Assembly: GCF_004010195.1 (NCBI RefSeq)
Contig: NC_057757.1
Span: 4,427,049 to 4,491,048 of the forward strand
DNA length: 64,000 nucleotides
Origin: Chiloscyllium plagiosum
Taxonomy: Eukaryota
Direction of reading: 5' to 3'
This document shows, piece after piece, positions 11,967 through 23,312 of this stretch. Under the pieces are notes generated by a model that searched no databases, was not told the DNA's origin, and saw only the letters and a list, made by a program, of their open reading frames with translations. How positions within the stretch are numbered: the first letter of the stretch is position 1; each line of letters starts with the position of its first letter. A program made the translations under genes and the position numbers.

Positions 11967-12277
11967 GGGCGGCACGATGGCTCAGTGGTTAGCACTGCTG
12001 CCTCACAGTGCCAGGGACCCGGGTTCAATTCCTGAGGCAGCTGTCTGTGTGGAGTTTGCACATTCTCCCCGTGTCTGTGTGGGTTTCCTTCGGGTGCTCC
12101 GATTTCCTCCCACAGTCCAAAGATGTGCGGGTCAGGTGAATTGGACATGCTAAATTCCCCGTAGTATTAGGTGCATTAGTCAGGGGGAAATGTCGGGGTG
12201 GGATGCTCTTCGGAGGGTCGGTGTGGACTTGTTGGGCCGAAGGGCCTGTTTCCACACCGTAGGGAATCTAATCTAAT
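11967..12277 (+). mobile_element. HE1/V-SINE-type tRNA-derived SINE, full length, 7-bp TSD
   Basis: A box (tggctcagtgg), B box (ggttcaattcc), V-domain core gtggagtttgcacattctccccgtgtctg, (TAATC)n tail; cttactg at 11960-11966 and 12278-12284. Confidence 0.93.
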
Positions 12278-12395
12278 CTTACTGTTTTGTAATGATGGCA
12301 AGTGGGATTTGAGGTGTGTCCTCATTTCCTGAAAACTGGTTGAGCAGTTTTCGGGTTTAGGGCCAGGCTTTGCTGTTCCTCTCCCTTGTAGATTT

Positions 12396-12708
12396 TTAGA
12401 TTAGATTACATTACAGTGTGGAAACAGGCCCTTCGGCCCAACAAGTCCACACCGCCCCGCCGAAGCACAACCCACCCATACCCCTACATTTACCCCTTAC
12501 CTAACACTACGGGCAATTTAGCATGGCCAGTTCACCTGACCCGCACATCTTTGGACTGTGGGAGGAAACCGGAGCACCCGGAGGAAACCCACACAGACAC
12601 GGGGAGAACGTGCAAAGTCCACACAGTCAGTCGCCTGAGGCGGGAATTGAACCCGGATCTCTAGCGCTGTGAGGCAGCAGCGCTAACCATTGTGCCACCG
12701 TGCCGCCC
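12396..12708 (-). mobile_element. HE1/V-SINE-type SINE, full length
   Basis: Reverse complement of the same family, (TAATC)n tail. Confidence 0.93.
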
Positions 12709-12789
12709 ACAGTAAAATTGCTGTTTCTCTGTGTACTGCTGTTAATGTTAATTGTTTTGTAAACGGTGCATTGTTTAATGAAAAAAGAG

Positions 12790-13330
12790 TCACGAGGTGT
12801 TGCTGCAGCTCTACAAGTCCCTGGTGAGACCACACTTGGAATATTGTGTCCAGTTCTGGTCGCCCTCCTATAGCAAAGATGAGGAGGCTTTGAAGAGGGT
12901 GCAAAGGAGGTTTACCAGGATGCTGCCTGGACTGGAGGGCTTGCCTTACGAGGAGAGGTTGACTGAGCTCAAACTTTTTTCTCTAGAGACAAGGAGGAGG
13001 TGTACAAGCTAATGAGAGTCATCGATAGCCAGAGACTTTCCCCAGGGCAGGATTGACTGCAGGAGGGGTCATAGTTTTAAGGTGTTAGGAGGAAGGTATT
13101 GAGAGGATGTCAGAGGGAGGTTCTTTACGCAGAGAATTGTGAACGCATAGAATGCGTTGCCATCGAGGCTGGTGGAAGCCGAGTCATTGGGGACATTTAA
13201 GCAACTGCTGGACATGCACATGGACCGCAGTGAATTGAGGGGAGTGTAGGTTAGGTTATCTTATTTTAGGTTAGGATTAATCCTCGCACAATATTATGGG
13301 TTGAAGGGCCTGTACTTTTCTATGATCTAT
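12790..13330 (+). mobile_element. CR1-type LINE 3' fragment
   Basis: ORF 12797-13012 [19 protein letters not shown]. Confidence 0.9.
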
Positions 13331-14997
13331 AAGTTTCCCCCTCGATTCCGCTCCCCACCCCCACTCATTAACCATAGATGCTTGGAGGGGTCCACACTGA
13401 GTGCTCATGGGAAAGATGGCTTCTCTTGCGGAAGGATCTAGAACGGGGGCGGTGGCTGTTTCACCACCAAGGGGTTTTTTTTTCACCGCAGCCCCCAGGG
13501 ATCCGGTGGGTTCCTTCCTCGTTGGAATGTTCCGGCAAGGCTAGCATTTACTGCCCAGTTTCCCTTTGCCACTCTTATGGCTGATCGGCTTTGGGGGGAA
13601 TCACTTTGGAGGTCGGTCAGGAGGTTGACTGCCACCAGAGATTTCAGACGGTGGGGTCTCCTTCCGATTCTGTTTGCACCCCACCAACCACCACCACCGT
13701 ATCCCAGGATGCTCCCAGGACACTGGAGGCGCTATGTCAATGCAGGCAACTGTCAGTTGCCCAGCTTTACTTGCTGAGCCGGGTGGGGGTGGGGGTGTGT
13801 CTCAGTGGCACCAACCCCTTCCTCCCCACCACCCCTCCCTCTCATGGCTCTAACTTCCCGCCCCAGTCCGGGGATCGGGCACCAGACCCCAAGGCTGGTA
13901 CCACGCTGTCTGAATGGGGGGGCACCTTTTCAAGGTGTGACATTAAACAGAGCCTCCCCTCCCCACCAGCTCAGAGAGGGTCCATCGAAAACCATTCCCC
14001 CCCCCGTCCCCCAGTGCACGGCGTATGGACGTCAGGGCACGAAATGATCTGGCTGGTACAGTCTCACTCGGCCGGGGTATCAGGGAGGGGGCACTGTCGG
14101 GTAGTTGAGTGAATTCGGGGCACCGCAAACCACGCCACGGTCTCACAGGGTGGTGAGGCGAGTGGGCCGAATGGCCTACTGCAGATCCTAGTTCCTGTCT
14201 CGCAGGGGGGGGGGGGTGGAGGAGGAGGAGGGGGTGATGGTTATTGCGTCGGTGTTTGTGGGAACCTCCTGTGTGCGGATTGACTCCCGTGTCCCCCCCC
14301 CCCCGCCACCACAATCACCGTGCCATCTCTCGTAACTGCCAGCAGTTAAAAACAACCCCATTGCCAATTCATTACAGACGGGCAAAAGCCGTGATAGGGA
14401 ATGGTGAGATGGCGGGGAGGGGGGGGGGGGGGGGGGGGGGAGAGAAGGGAAGGGACTAAACCAGCACAGAAACAGACGCTTCCGGCCCAACTCGTCCATG
14501 CTGACCAGGGTTCCCAATCCAAACCCCATTGGCCCACAGGTGGAAGTTGGTACTGCAGATCTGGATATTAGAATCAAGATTAGAGTGGTGCTGGAAAAGC
14601 ACAGCAGGTCAGGCAGCATTTGCCCGAAACATCGAATTTCCTGCTCCTCGGATGCTGCCTGATCTGCTGTGCTTTTCCAGCACCACCCCACTTGGCCCAT
14701 ATTCCACAGAGCACTTCCTATTATACACCCATCCAGATGCCTTTTAAATGTTGTCATTGTACCTGCCTCCACCATGCTGCCTGATTTGCTGTGCTTTTCC
14801 AGCACCACCCCACTTGGCCCATATTCCACTGAGCCCTTCCTATTCATACACCCATCCAGATGCCTTTTAAATGTTGTCATTGTACCTGCCTCCACCACTG
14901 CCTCTGGCAGCTCATTCGATGCACGCAGCACCCTCTGTGTGAAAAAGTTTCCCCTGAGGTCGCTTTTAAACCTTTCCCCTCTCACCCGAAACCTATG

Positions 14998-15289
14998 GTG
15001 GTTAGCACTGCTACCTCACAGCGCCAGGGACCTGGGTTCGATTCCAGCCTCGGGCGACTGTCTGTCTGGAGTTTGCACATTCTCCTCGTGTCTGCGTGGG
15101 TTTCCTCCGGGCGCTCCGGTTTCCCCTCTCAGTCCAAAGATGTGCAGGTTAGGTGAATTGGCCATGCTAAATTACCCATAGCGTTAGGTGCGTTAGTCAG
15201 AGGGAAATGGTGGTTTACTCTTCAGACGGTCGGTGTGGACTTGTTGGGCCGAAGGGCCTGTTTCCACATTGTAGATAATCTAATCTAAT
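14998..15289 (+). mobile_element. HE1/V-SINE-type SINE nested in a minus-strand CR1 fragment
   Basis: V-domain core and tail; 5-bp duplication ctatg at 14993-14997 and 15290-15294. Confidence 0.9.
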
Positions 15290-15364
15290 CTATGCCCTCT
15301 AGTTTTGGAGCAGGAAGATGAAGCACTGTATTCCCTCCCTCCTTGGTCTCTCTCTCTCTCTCTC

Positions 15365-16015
15365 AAGGCAAGAGTGTTGCTGGACACAGCACATTCCAGT
15401 AGGTAGGATAGTGAAGATGGTATTTGCTAGACTTACCATTACTGGTAAGTGTATTCAGTACAGGAGTTGGTGCGGCTGTACAGGACATTGGTGAGGCCAC
15501 TTTTGGAATATTGCGTACAATTCTGGTCTCCCTGCTGTAGGAAGGATGTTGTGAAACTTGAAAGGGTTCAGAAAAGATTTACAAGGGTTTGGAGGGTTTG
15601 AGCTGCAGGGAGAGGCTGAATAGGCTGGGGCTGTTTTCCCTGAAACATCAGAGGCCGAGGGGTGACCTTATAGAGATTTATAAAATCATGAGGGGTGTAG
15701 TTAGGATGAGTAGGCAAGGTCTTTTTCCCTAGGGGGGGAGATTCTAAAGTAAAGGGCATAGGTTTGAGGTGGGAGGGGAAAGATTTAAAAGGGACCTAAG
15801 GGGTAACTTTATCACACTGAAGGTGGTGCTTGTATGGAACAAGCTGCCAGAGGAAGTGGTGGAGGCTGGTATAATTACAACATTTAAAAGGCATCTGGAT
15901 GGGTACATGGATAGGAAGGGTTTAGAGGGATATGAGCCAGGTGCTGGCAGGTGAGACTAGGTTAATTCAGGACCGAAGGCTCTGTTTCTGTGTTGTACAT
16001 ATCTATGATTCTATG
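15365..16015 (+). mobile_element. CR1-type LINE 3' fragment
   Basis: ERFKRDLRGNF...WNKLPEEVVEAG...FKRHLDGYM. Confidence 0.9.
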
Positions 16016-16108
16016 GAACTCAGCTTGTACATAACTGCAGGAGAGGACCAGACCAGACATAAATAGTAAGCAGGACAGAGTACAACCCTCCATCGGATGC
16101 TCACTCAC

Positions 16109-16165
16109 ACATAGTGATGCAAAGTATGAGAACAAACCTTCCAGCTCAGCGAGCAAATGTACATC
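16109..16165 (-). CDS. Candidate 57-bp internal exon of unidentified minus-strand gene
   Basis: Acceptor tctctgcccagtcAG, donor GTGAGT, phase 0-0 reading DVHLLAELEGLFSYFASLC; no homology recognised. Confidence 0.35.
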
Positions 16166-16909
16166 CTGACTGGGCAGAGACTCAGGTGAGGAACCCTCCC
16201 CGTTCACTAAAAGGCCCGGGCCTGTTTATAACCAGCCTGGCCACGCCCTGGAGCAGAATCCAGAGTATGATGCTGGAAACTGTCAGGCAGCATCTGAGGA
16301 AGCAGGCCGAAGGCCTTCATCAGGAAATCTCCCGCTCCTTGGATGCCGCCTGACCTGCTGTGTTTTTCCAGCACCACTCACTCAACTCTGATTTCCAGCA
16401 TCTGCAGTCCTCACTTCCTCCTCTGCCCTGGAGTAGACCCACCAGGGGTACATTCAGAGTGGGAAGGGACAAAATCAGCGCAGAAATAGATCCTTCAGTC
16501 CACACCGACCAGAGGTCCCAAACTCTGAATATCTCACCCCTCCCCCCCCCAAAAAAAAACCCTCACGGCAGACTGAAGCTAAGGAGTCGAATTGCAACCC
16601 CAAAACACAACGGAAGGTTTCTCAAATAACTGAAATGGGAGTTATTTTATTTCATTCAAAGATAGATTTTTGACCACTAAATGGATTCAGGGTTACGGTG
16701 AGCTGGTGGGTAAATGGAAGATGCGAGGATTGCAGAGATCAGAGTCAAAGAGTGTGGTGCTGGAAAAACACGGCAGGTCAGGCAGCATCCGAGGAGTAGG
16801 TGAGTTGATGTTTCAGGCAAAAGCCTTTCATCAGGAATGTAGGGGGTGCCAAGGGGGCTGAGAGATAGATGGGGGGGTGGAGGGGAGGGCTTGGTTGGGA
16901 ATGTAGCTG

Positions 16910-17724
16910 NNNNNNNNNNNNNNNNNNNNNNNNNNNNNNNNNNNNNNNNNNNNNNNNNNNNNNNNNNNNNNNNNNNNNNNNNNNNNNNNNNNNNNNNNNN
17001 NNNNNNNNNNNNNNNNNNNNNNNNNNNNNNNNNNNNNNNNNNNNNNNNNNNNNNNNNNNNNNNNNNNNNNNNNNNNNNNNNNNNNNNNNNNNNNNNNNNN
17101 NNNNNNNNNNNNNNNNNNNNNNNNNNNNNNNNNNNNNNNNNNNNNNNNNNNNNNNNNNNNNNNNNNNNNNNNNNNNNNNNNNNNNNNNNNNNNNNNNNNN
17201 NNNNNNNNNNNNNNNNNNNNNNNNNNNNNNNNNNNNNNNNNNNNNNNNNNNNNNNNNNNNNNNNNNNNNNNNNNNNNNNNNNNNNNNNNNNNNNNNNNNN
17301 NNNNNNNNNNNNNNNNNNNNNNNNNNNNNNNNNNNNNNNNNNNNNNNNNNNNNNNNNNNNNNNNNNNNNNNNNNNNNNNNNNNNNNNNNNNNNNNNNNNN
17401 NNNNNNNNNNNNNNNNNNNNNNNNNNNNNNNNNNNNNNNNNNNNNNNNNNNNNNNNNNNNNNNNNNNNNNNNNNNNNNNNNNNNNNNNNNNNNNNNNNNN
17501 NNNNNNNNNNNNNNNNNNNNNNNNNNNNNNNNNNNNNNNNNNNNNNNNNNNNNNNNNNNNNNNNNNNNNNNNNNNNNNNNNNNNNNNNNNNNNNNNNNNN
17601 NNNNNNNNNNNNNNNNNNNNNNNNNNNNNNNNNNNNNNNNNNNNNNNNNNNNNNNNNNNNNNNNNNNNNNNNNNNNNNNNNNNNNNNNNNNNNNNNNNNN
17701 NNNNNNNNNNNNNNNNNNNNNNNN
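16910..17724. other. Assembly gap (815 N)
   Basis: Run of N. Confidence 1.
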
Positions 17725-17778
17725 ATATGAATAGGAAGGGTTTGGAGGGATATGGGCCGGGTGCTGGCAGGTGGCTGT

Positions 17779-17814
17779 ATTCCTGATGAAGGGCTTTTGC
17801 CCGAAACATCGATT
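17779..17814 (+). ncRNA. Minimal hammerhead ribozyme motif, Penelope family A
   Basis: attc-CTGATGA-A-GGGC-tttt-GCCC-GAA-ACAT-C-gatt, followed by the family A terminal sequence to about 17910. Confidence 0.6.
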
Positions 17815-18239
17815 TTGCTGCTCCTCGAATGCTGCCTGAATTGCTGTGCTTATCCAGCACTACTCTAATCTAGAATCTGGTTTCCAGCATCTGCAGTCAT
17901 TGTTTTTACTTTGCTGAGGGGTGGGACTAGATTGGGTTGGGATATCTGGCCGACATGAACGGGTTGGACCGAAGGGTCTGTGTCTGTGCTGTACATCTCT
18001 CTGACTCTGTTGAATGGTGATGGAGGGGGCCTGAGGGGCCGAATGGCCTCATCCTGCTCCTGTCCTGAGGAGCGTGAAAGTCCGGAAGCAACGCGGACGT
18101 GGTCCAGGGACTCCACAACACCACAGTGAGGCTGGGAATCCGTGAACCGCGGCAGCATTGAGGGTCCATGAGCGAATACGGCAGTTACCCCACCCCCCCC
18201 CCCCCACCCCCTCCCCAAGCTGCTGAAGGATGGACTTAC

Positions 18240-18344
18240 CGGGAAAAGCCAGGGGTCAGTATTTACCATGGTGACCTTTGGGCTCACAGTCTCCTTTGTG
18301 ACATATGTAGCTGGGAGGGCAGTCTTTGTTGGTTGTGCAATAAC
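18240..18344 (-). CDS. Candidate 105-bp internal exon of unidentified minus-strand gene
   Basis: Acceptor ccttgttcccctgcAG, consensus donor CG|GTAAGT, phase 0-0 reading VIAQPTKTALPATYVTKETVSPKVTMVNTDPWLFP. Confidence 0.45.
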
Positions 18345-18736
18345 CTGCAGGGGAACAAGGTGAGGTCAGGTTGGCGGCGTTTGGTATCCCGCGGGCATGT
18401 GTGGGGTAGGGCCTGAATTCAGCTAGCCCCTCCCACACTGACACCAGGAGTCCCTGTCAACTCCCCCACCCCGACAACGCCTAGGGGAAAGGCAGGAGAA
18501 ACCACTATGACCCCGCCCCACAGGGAGGAGGAATGGGCACCGCATACCAGCCCGTCGCCAACCCTCTCCCCCCAGCACACCCCTTGGCGGTGCCATTCAA
18601 ATGTGCAAGCTGCGTTTCCACATGGATGTCAAGCTCTATTTCCATTTCCACACCACGTCGTTTCCAAATTGTTCCACTCCATGTTAGATTCCAAAGGTTG
18701 GGTGTTCCCCACTCCCCTCCGTTCCCCACCCCGCAC

Positions 18737-18808
18737 CTTCACTGTCACCATCCCCACGACCAGCATTTCATTGGAAAGACAGCCAAACCCGTCCCCCGAA
18801 CATGCCAT
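18737..18808 (-). CDS. Candidate first coding exon of unidentified minus-strand gene
   Basis: ATG at 18808, MACSGDGFGCLSNEMLVVGMVTVK, donor AAG|GTGCGG in phase 0. Confidence 0.3.
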
Positions 18809-18855
18809 TGTACCATTTTGACCCTGTAGTTAGTTCAGTCGCCAACCACAACGTT

Positions 18856-18867
18856 GCGCCATCTTGG
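18856..18867 (-). promoter_or_regulatory. YY1-type motif CCAAGATGGCGC, possible transcription start region
   Basis: gcgccatcttgg on the plus strand in a CpG-containing context; this motif is common just downstream of vertebrate transcription starts. Confidence 0.4.
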
Positions 18868-19349
18868 AGAGCGAGGGCATTGGGAAGTATCAGTAATTGG
18901 CTGGAAGATCCAAATATCTCAGTCCGTCTGGGGTGGATGAGTGAGGACGGAGTGCAGCGATGGTAAGGACAGATGGATTTTGAGTCCAGTACATGGTGCT
19001 GGAAAAGGACAGCAGGTCAGGCAGCATCGAAGGAGCAGAAAAGTCAACTCTCGACTCTCAGCTCCAGCATCTGCAGTCCTCACTTTCACCCTCACTTTTG
19101 GATTTTGAGGCAGGACTGGGATAAAATATCAGGAGGAAACGCAGGCAGGTTCATAGTTCTTTGAAACCGCAGTCGCAGGTGGACAGGACAGTGAAGGAGG
19201 CATTTGGCAAGTTTGCCTTTATTGGTCAGTGCATTGAGTATAGGAATTGGGAAGTCATGTTGTACGGGCCACTGTTGGAATAATGTGTTCAATTCTAGTC
19301 TCCATGTGAGAGGAAAAAGTCAGAGGTCACACACGACACCAGATTATAG

Positions 19350-19775
19350 CCATGGAGTCATAGAGATGTACAGCACGGAAACAGACCCTTCGGTCCATGC
19401 CAACCAGATATCCCAACCCAATCTAGTCCCACCTGCCAGCACTTGCCCCATATCCCTCCAAACCCTTCTTATTCATATACCCATCCAGATGCCTCTTAAA
19501 TATTGCAATTGTACCAGCCTCCACCACTTCCTCTGGCAGCTCATTCCACACACGTACTACCCTCTGGGTGAAAACGTTGCCCCTTCGGTCCCTTTTATAT
19601 CTTTCCCCTCTCACCCTGAACCTATGCCCCCTAGTTCTGGACTCCCCGACCCCAGGGAAAAGACTTTGTCTATTTATCCTATCCATGCCCCTCATGATTT
19701 TATAAACCTCTATAAGGTCACCCCTCAGCCTCCGACGCTCCAGGGTAAACAGCCCCGGCCTGTTCAGCCTCTCCG
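19350..19775 (-). mobile_element. CR1-type LINE 3' fragment
   Basis: ORF 19423-19803(-) LERRRLRGDLIEVYKIMRG...WNELPEEVVEAG. Confidence 0.92.
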
Positions 19776-20059
19776 TTAGTCCAACAGGTTTATTTAAAAT
19801 CACAAGCTGCTCCTTCAGTTAACATGGAACTGAGTTGACAGAAAGGTCAAGCATGGTTTATTGAATGGTGGAGCAGATTTGATGGACCGAATGGCTTACG
19901 ACTGGTTGTACCAAAGCCCACAACCGATGTCCACGGTCCCGATGAAGGAGCACCGCTCCGAAAGCTTGTGATTTCAAGAGAGCCTGTTGGACTCTCACCT
20001 GCTATTGTGTGACTTCTGACCTTGCCCCGCCTGGTCCAACCCTGGCACCACCCCACCGT

Positions 20060-20346
20060 GGCTGCTATCCGAAGGATGTTGTGAAACTTGAAAGGGTTCA
20101 GAAATGGTTTGGACAGGTGTTGCCAGGGTTGGAAGGCTTGAGCTATAAGGAGACGCTGAATGGGCTGGGGCTGTTTTCCCTGGAGCGTCGGAGGCTGAGG
20201 GGTGACCTTATAGAGGTTCATAAAAAATCGTGAGGGGCATAGATAGAATAAACAGACAGGGTCTTTTCCCTGGGGTGTGGGAGTCCAAACTAGAGGGCAT
20301 AGGTATAGGGTGAGAGGGGAAAGGTTTTAAAGGGACAACTTCTTCA
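20060..20346 (+). mobile_element. CR1-type LINE fragment
   Basis: KDVVKLERVQK...LERRRLRGDLIEV. Confidence 0.88.
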
Positions 20347-20846
20347 NNNNNNNNNNNNNNNNNNNNNNNNNNNNNNNNNNNNNNNNNNNNNNNNNNNNNN
20401 NNNNNNNNNNNNNNNNNNNNNNNNNNNNNNNNNNNNNNNNNNNNNNNNNNNNNNNNNNNNNNNNNNNNNNNNNNNNNNNNNNNNNNNNNNNNNNNNNNNN
20501 NNNNNNNNNNNNNNNNNNNNNNNNNNNNNNNNNNNNNNNNNNNNNNNNNNNNNNNNNNNNNNNNNNNNNNNNNNNNNNNNNNNNNNNNNNNNNNNNNNNN
20601 NNNNNNNNNNNNNNNNNNNNNNNNNNNNNNNNNNNNNNNNNNNNNNNNNNNNNNNNNNNNNNNNNNNNNNNNNNNNNNNNNNNNNNNNNNNNNNNNNNNN
20701 NNNNNNNNNNNNNNNNNNNNNNNNNNNNNNNNNNNNNNNNNNNNNNNNNNNNNNNNNNNNNNNNNNNNNNNNNNNNNNNNNNNNNNNNNNNNNNNNNNNN
20801 NNNNNNNNNNNNNNNNNNNNNNNNNNNNNNNNNNNNNNNNNNNNNN
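20347..20846. other. Assembly gap (500 N)
   Basis: Run of N. Confidence 1.
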
Positions 20847-21960
20847 GCCTAACCAATGTCCTGTACAGCCACAACATGACCTCCCAACTCCTACACTCAG
20901 TCTTCTGACCAGTAAAGGGAAGCATACCAAATGCCTTCTTCACTAACTTATCTATCTGTGACTCTACTTTCAAGGAGCTATGAACCTGCACTCCAAGGTC
21001 TCTTTGTTCAGCAACACTTCGTAGGAATTTACCATTAAGTGTATAAGTTCTACCCTGATTTGCCTTTTCAAAATGTAGCCCGTCACATTTAGCTAAATTA
21101 AACTGCATCTGCCATTCCTTGGCCCATCTGATCAAAATCCCATTGTCCTCTCAGGTACCTTTCTTCTCTGTCCACTACACCTCCAATTTTGGTGTCATGT
21201 GCAAAGTTACTAACTATACCTCCTATGTTCACGTTCAAATTGTTTGTATAAATGCCAATAAGCAGTGGACCCAGCATCGATCCTTGTAGCACAAAACTGG
21301 TCAGAGACCTCCAGTCTGAAAAGTAACCTTCCACCACCACCCTCTGTCTTCTACCTTTTCCAGCCAGTTCTGTATCCACATGGTCAGTTCTCCCTGTATT
21401 CCATGTGAAATGACCTTGCTAACCAGTTTACTATGAGGAACATTTTCACGCATCTTACTGAAGTTCATACAGGTTACATCCAAAACTCTGCCCTCAATCC
21501 TCTATGTTACTTCTTCAAAGAACTCAGTCAAGTTCGTGAGACATGATTTCCCAAGCACAAACCCATGTAGACTATCCCGAAACAATGCTTGCCTATCCAA
21601 GTACAGGTAAATCCTATCCCTCAGGATGCTGTCTAACTGTTGAATTTTCTCCCCATCTCAAAAACAGTCCATGCATCTATTCTTCCTACCAATGCGCATG
21701 ACCTCACACTTCCCCATATATTCCTCCACTGACACTTGTTTGCCAGCTCTCTTAACCTGCCCAAATCCTTCTGCAGCCTCCTCAATTCTGCCTGTCCCTC
21801 TACCTATCTTTGTATCATCTACAAACTTAGCAAGAACACCCTACTTTCCTTCACCTGGAGCGTTAATGTCTAAAGTGAAAAGTTGTGTTCTTAACACTGA
21901 GCCTTGTGGAACACCACTTGTCACCGGCTGCCATCCTGAGAAGGATGCCTTTGTCCCCAT
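20847..21960 (-). mobile_element. CR1-type LINE RT fragments (two adjacent pieces)
   Basis: NFSK...VPHSKLVSK, LQGSMLGPLL, FAHDTKIGG and WAKEWQMQFN motifs with frameshifts. Confidence 0.88.
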
Positions 21961-22299
21961 TTGCTCCTGCTCCTAGTCGTTTCATATTTGTATCAATTTT
22001 GAAAATGTGTTTGGTTATTCACGGGTATTTTCAGGAAGCATGTGGACACAGTAAAGCACACCGACGATCTGTGACTATCTTCAGAACTGGGATCTCCTGA
22101 CATGAGGTAAATCCCAGATTTCAACATTGAGAACTGATGTTATCTTTGCTAGTCGAGATGAGTAATAGACATGAGACTAAAAGGGAGATGTATTTAATAC
22201 ATAGATGAGTCACAATTTCACACGACGGGGCATGATGCTTCACCAGTTGAATTGTCACATTCTAATTTTATTTAGAAAGAAGTTTTTTTAAAAAAAAAT

Positions 22300-22590
22300 G
22301 CATTCATGAAATGTGGGTGTCTCTGATCATACCAGAAGTGTTTGCCCATCCGTAATTAGACTGAGGTCAGTCAAGAGGCAAACACATTACCGTGGTTCTG
22401 GAGTAAGAACCAGTCATTCCCTTCCCTGTAGGTTGTCAGTGAACCAAAAGCTTCCTTCCCCACTAATCCACAACACTTTCATTAAGTCTCTTAATTCCCG
22501 ATTTTTATTCAGATTCCACCATCTGCCCTGGCAGGATTTGAACTGCTATCCCCAGAATATTATTGGGTCTCTGCATTAATAATCTTGTGG
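22300..22590 (-). mobile_element. DeuSINE-like (SacSINE1-like) SINE, degenerate
   Basis: Reverse-strand similarity to the copies at 28288 and 42858. Confidence 0.5.
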
Positions 22591-23312
22591 TATCACTTGC
22601 TATGGGCCAGACTAAACACCCTCAAAATGTTTGAAGATCACCTAGACTCTAACTCGATCTTATTTTATCGGTAGATGTGAAGTCTGTGTTCCAGATGCAA
22701 TGCGACAGGTCAAATTACTTGACATTAAGCAAAACACAATTTATTTAAACACTATTGTTAAAATACAGACAACAAAAAGAGGTATTTAGAATAATTTAAT
22801 GATTGGAAACCTTAACTGAATAATCGATACAGTTCCCATTACTAATTAACTGTTCCAATATAGTAGTGTCCCATATACACACCCCTCGGCAAAAAGGCAA
22901 ATTCAGACATAGATTCTCACATGCAGTTCTCCAATCCAGGAGGAAAATAAATCAGGGGGCAGGTTTATAACAGTAGCTTCACAAGTGGTGAGGAAAGAAT
23001 TTGGCACGCTTGCCTTCATTAGTCAAGGCACTGAGTTCAGGAACAAAAACGGAAATTGCTAGAAATAAACCCTGTGAGAAATCAGTGCTAATGTTTCAGA
23101 GAGGTAAAAACAATGACTGCAGATGCTGGAAACCAGATTCTGGATCAGTGGTGCTGGAAGAGCACAGCAATTCAGGCAGCATCCGAGGACAGGCAAAATC
23201 GACGTTTCGGGATTCTTGTAGAGAGAGGAGGAAAACTTCTTCAAGGCAGGCATCCTTGCAAGAGGATTCGCAGTAGGGTTAAAATCAATGAGGTAAAAAC
23301 AATGACTGCAGA

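Noticed and set aside
11967..12040. tRNA genes at SINE heads
   Set aside because: A/B boxes run straight into the V-SINE body and tail; these are tRNA-derived SINEs.
13591..14112. 173-aa plus-strand ORF and overlapping ORFs
   Set aside because: GC-rich low-complexity sequence, non-ATG start, no recognisable domain.
8031..18867. CXCL16 orthologue, suggested by the human gene order next to MED11 and short matches (PTSPP, DPW)
   Set aside because: No signal peptide, CXC chemokine domain or convincing transmembrane segment found; the short matches are compatible with chance.
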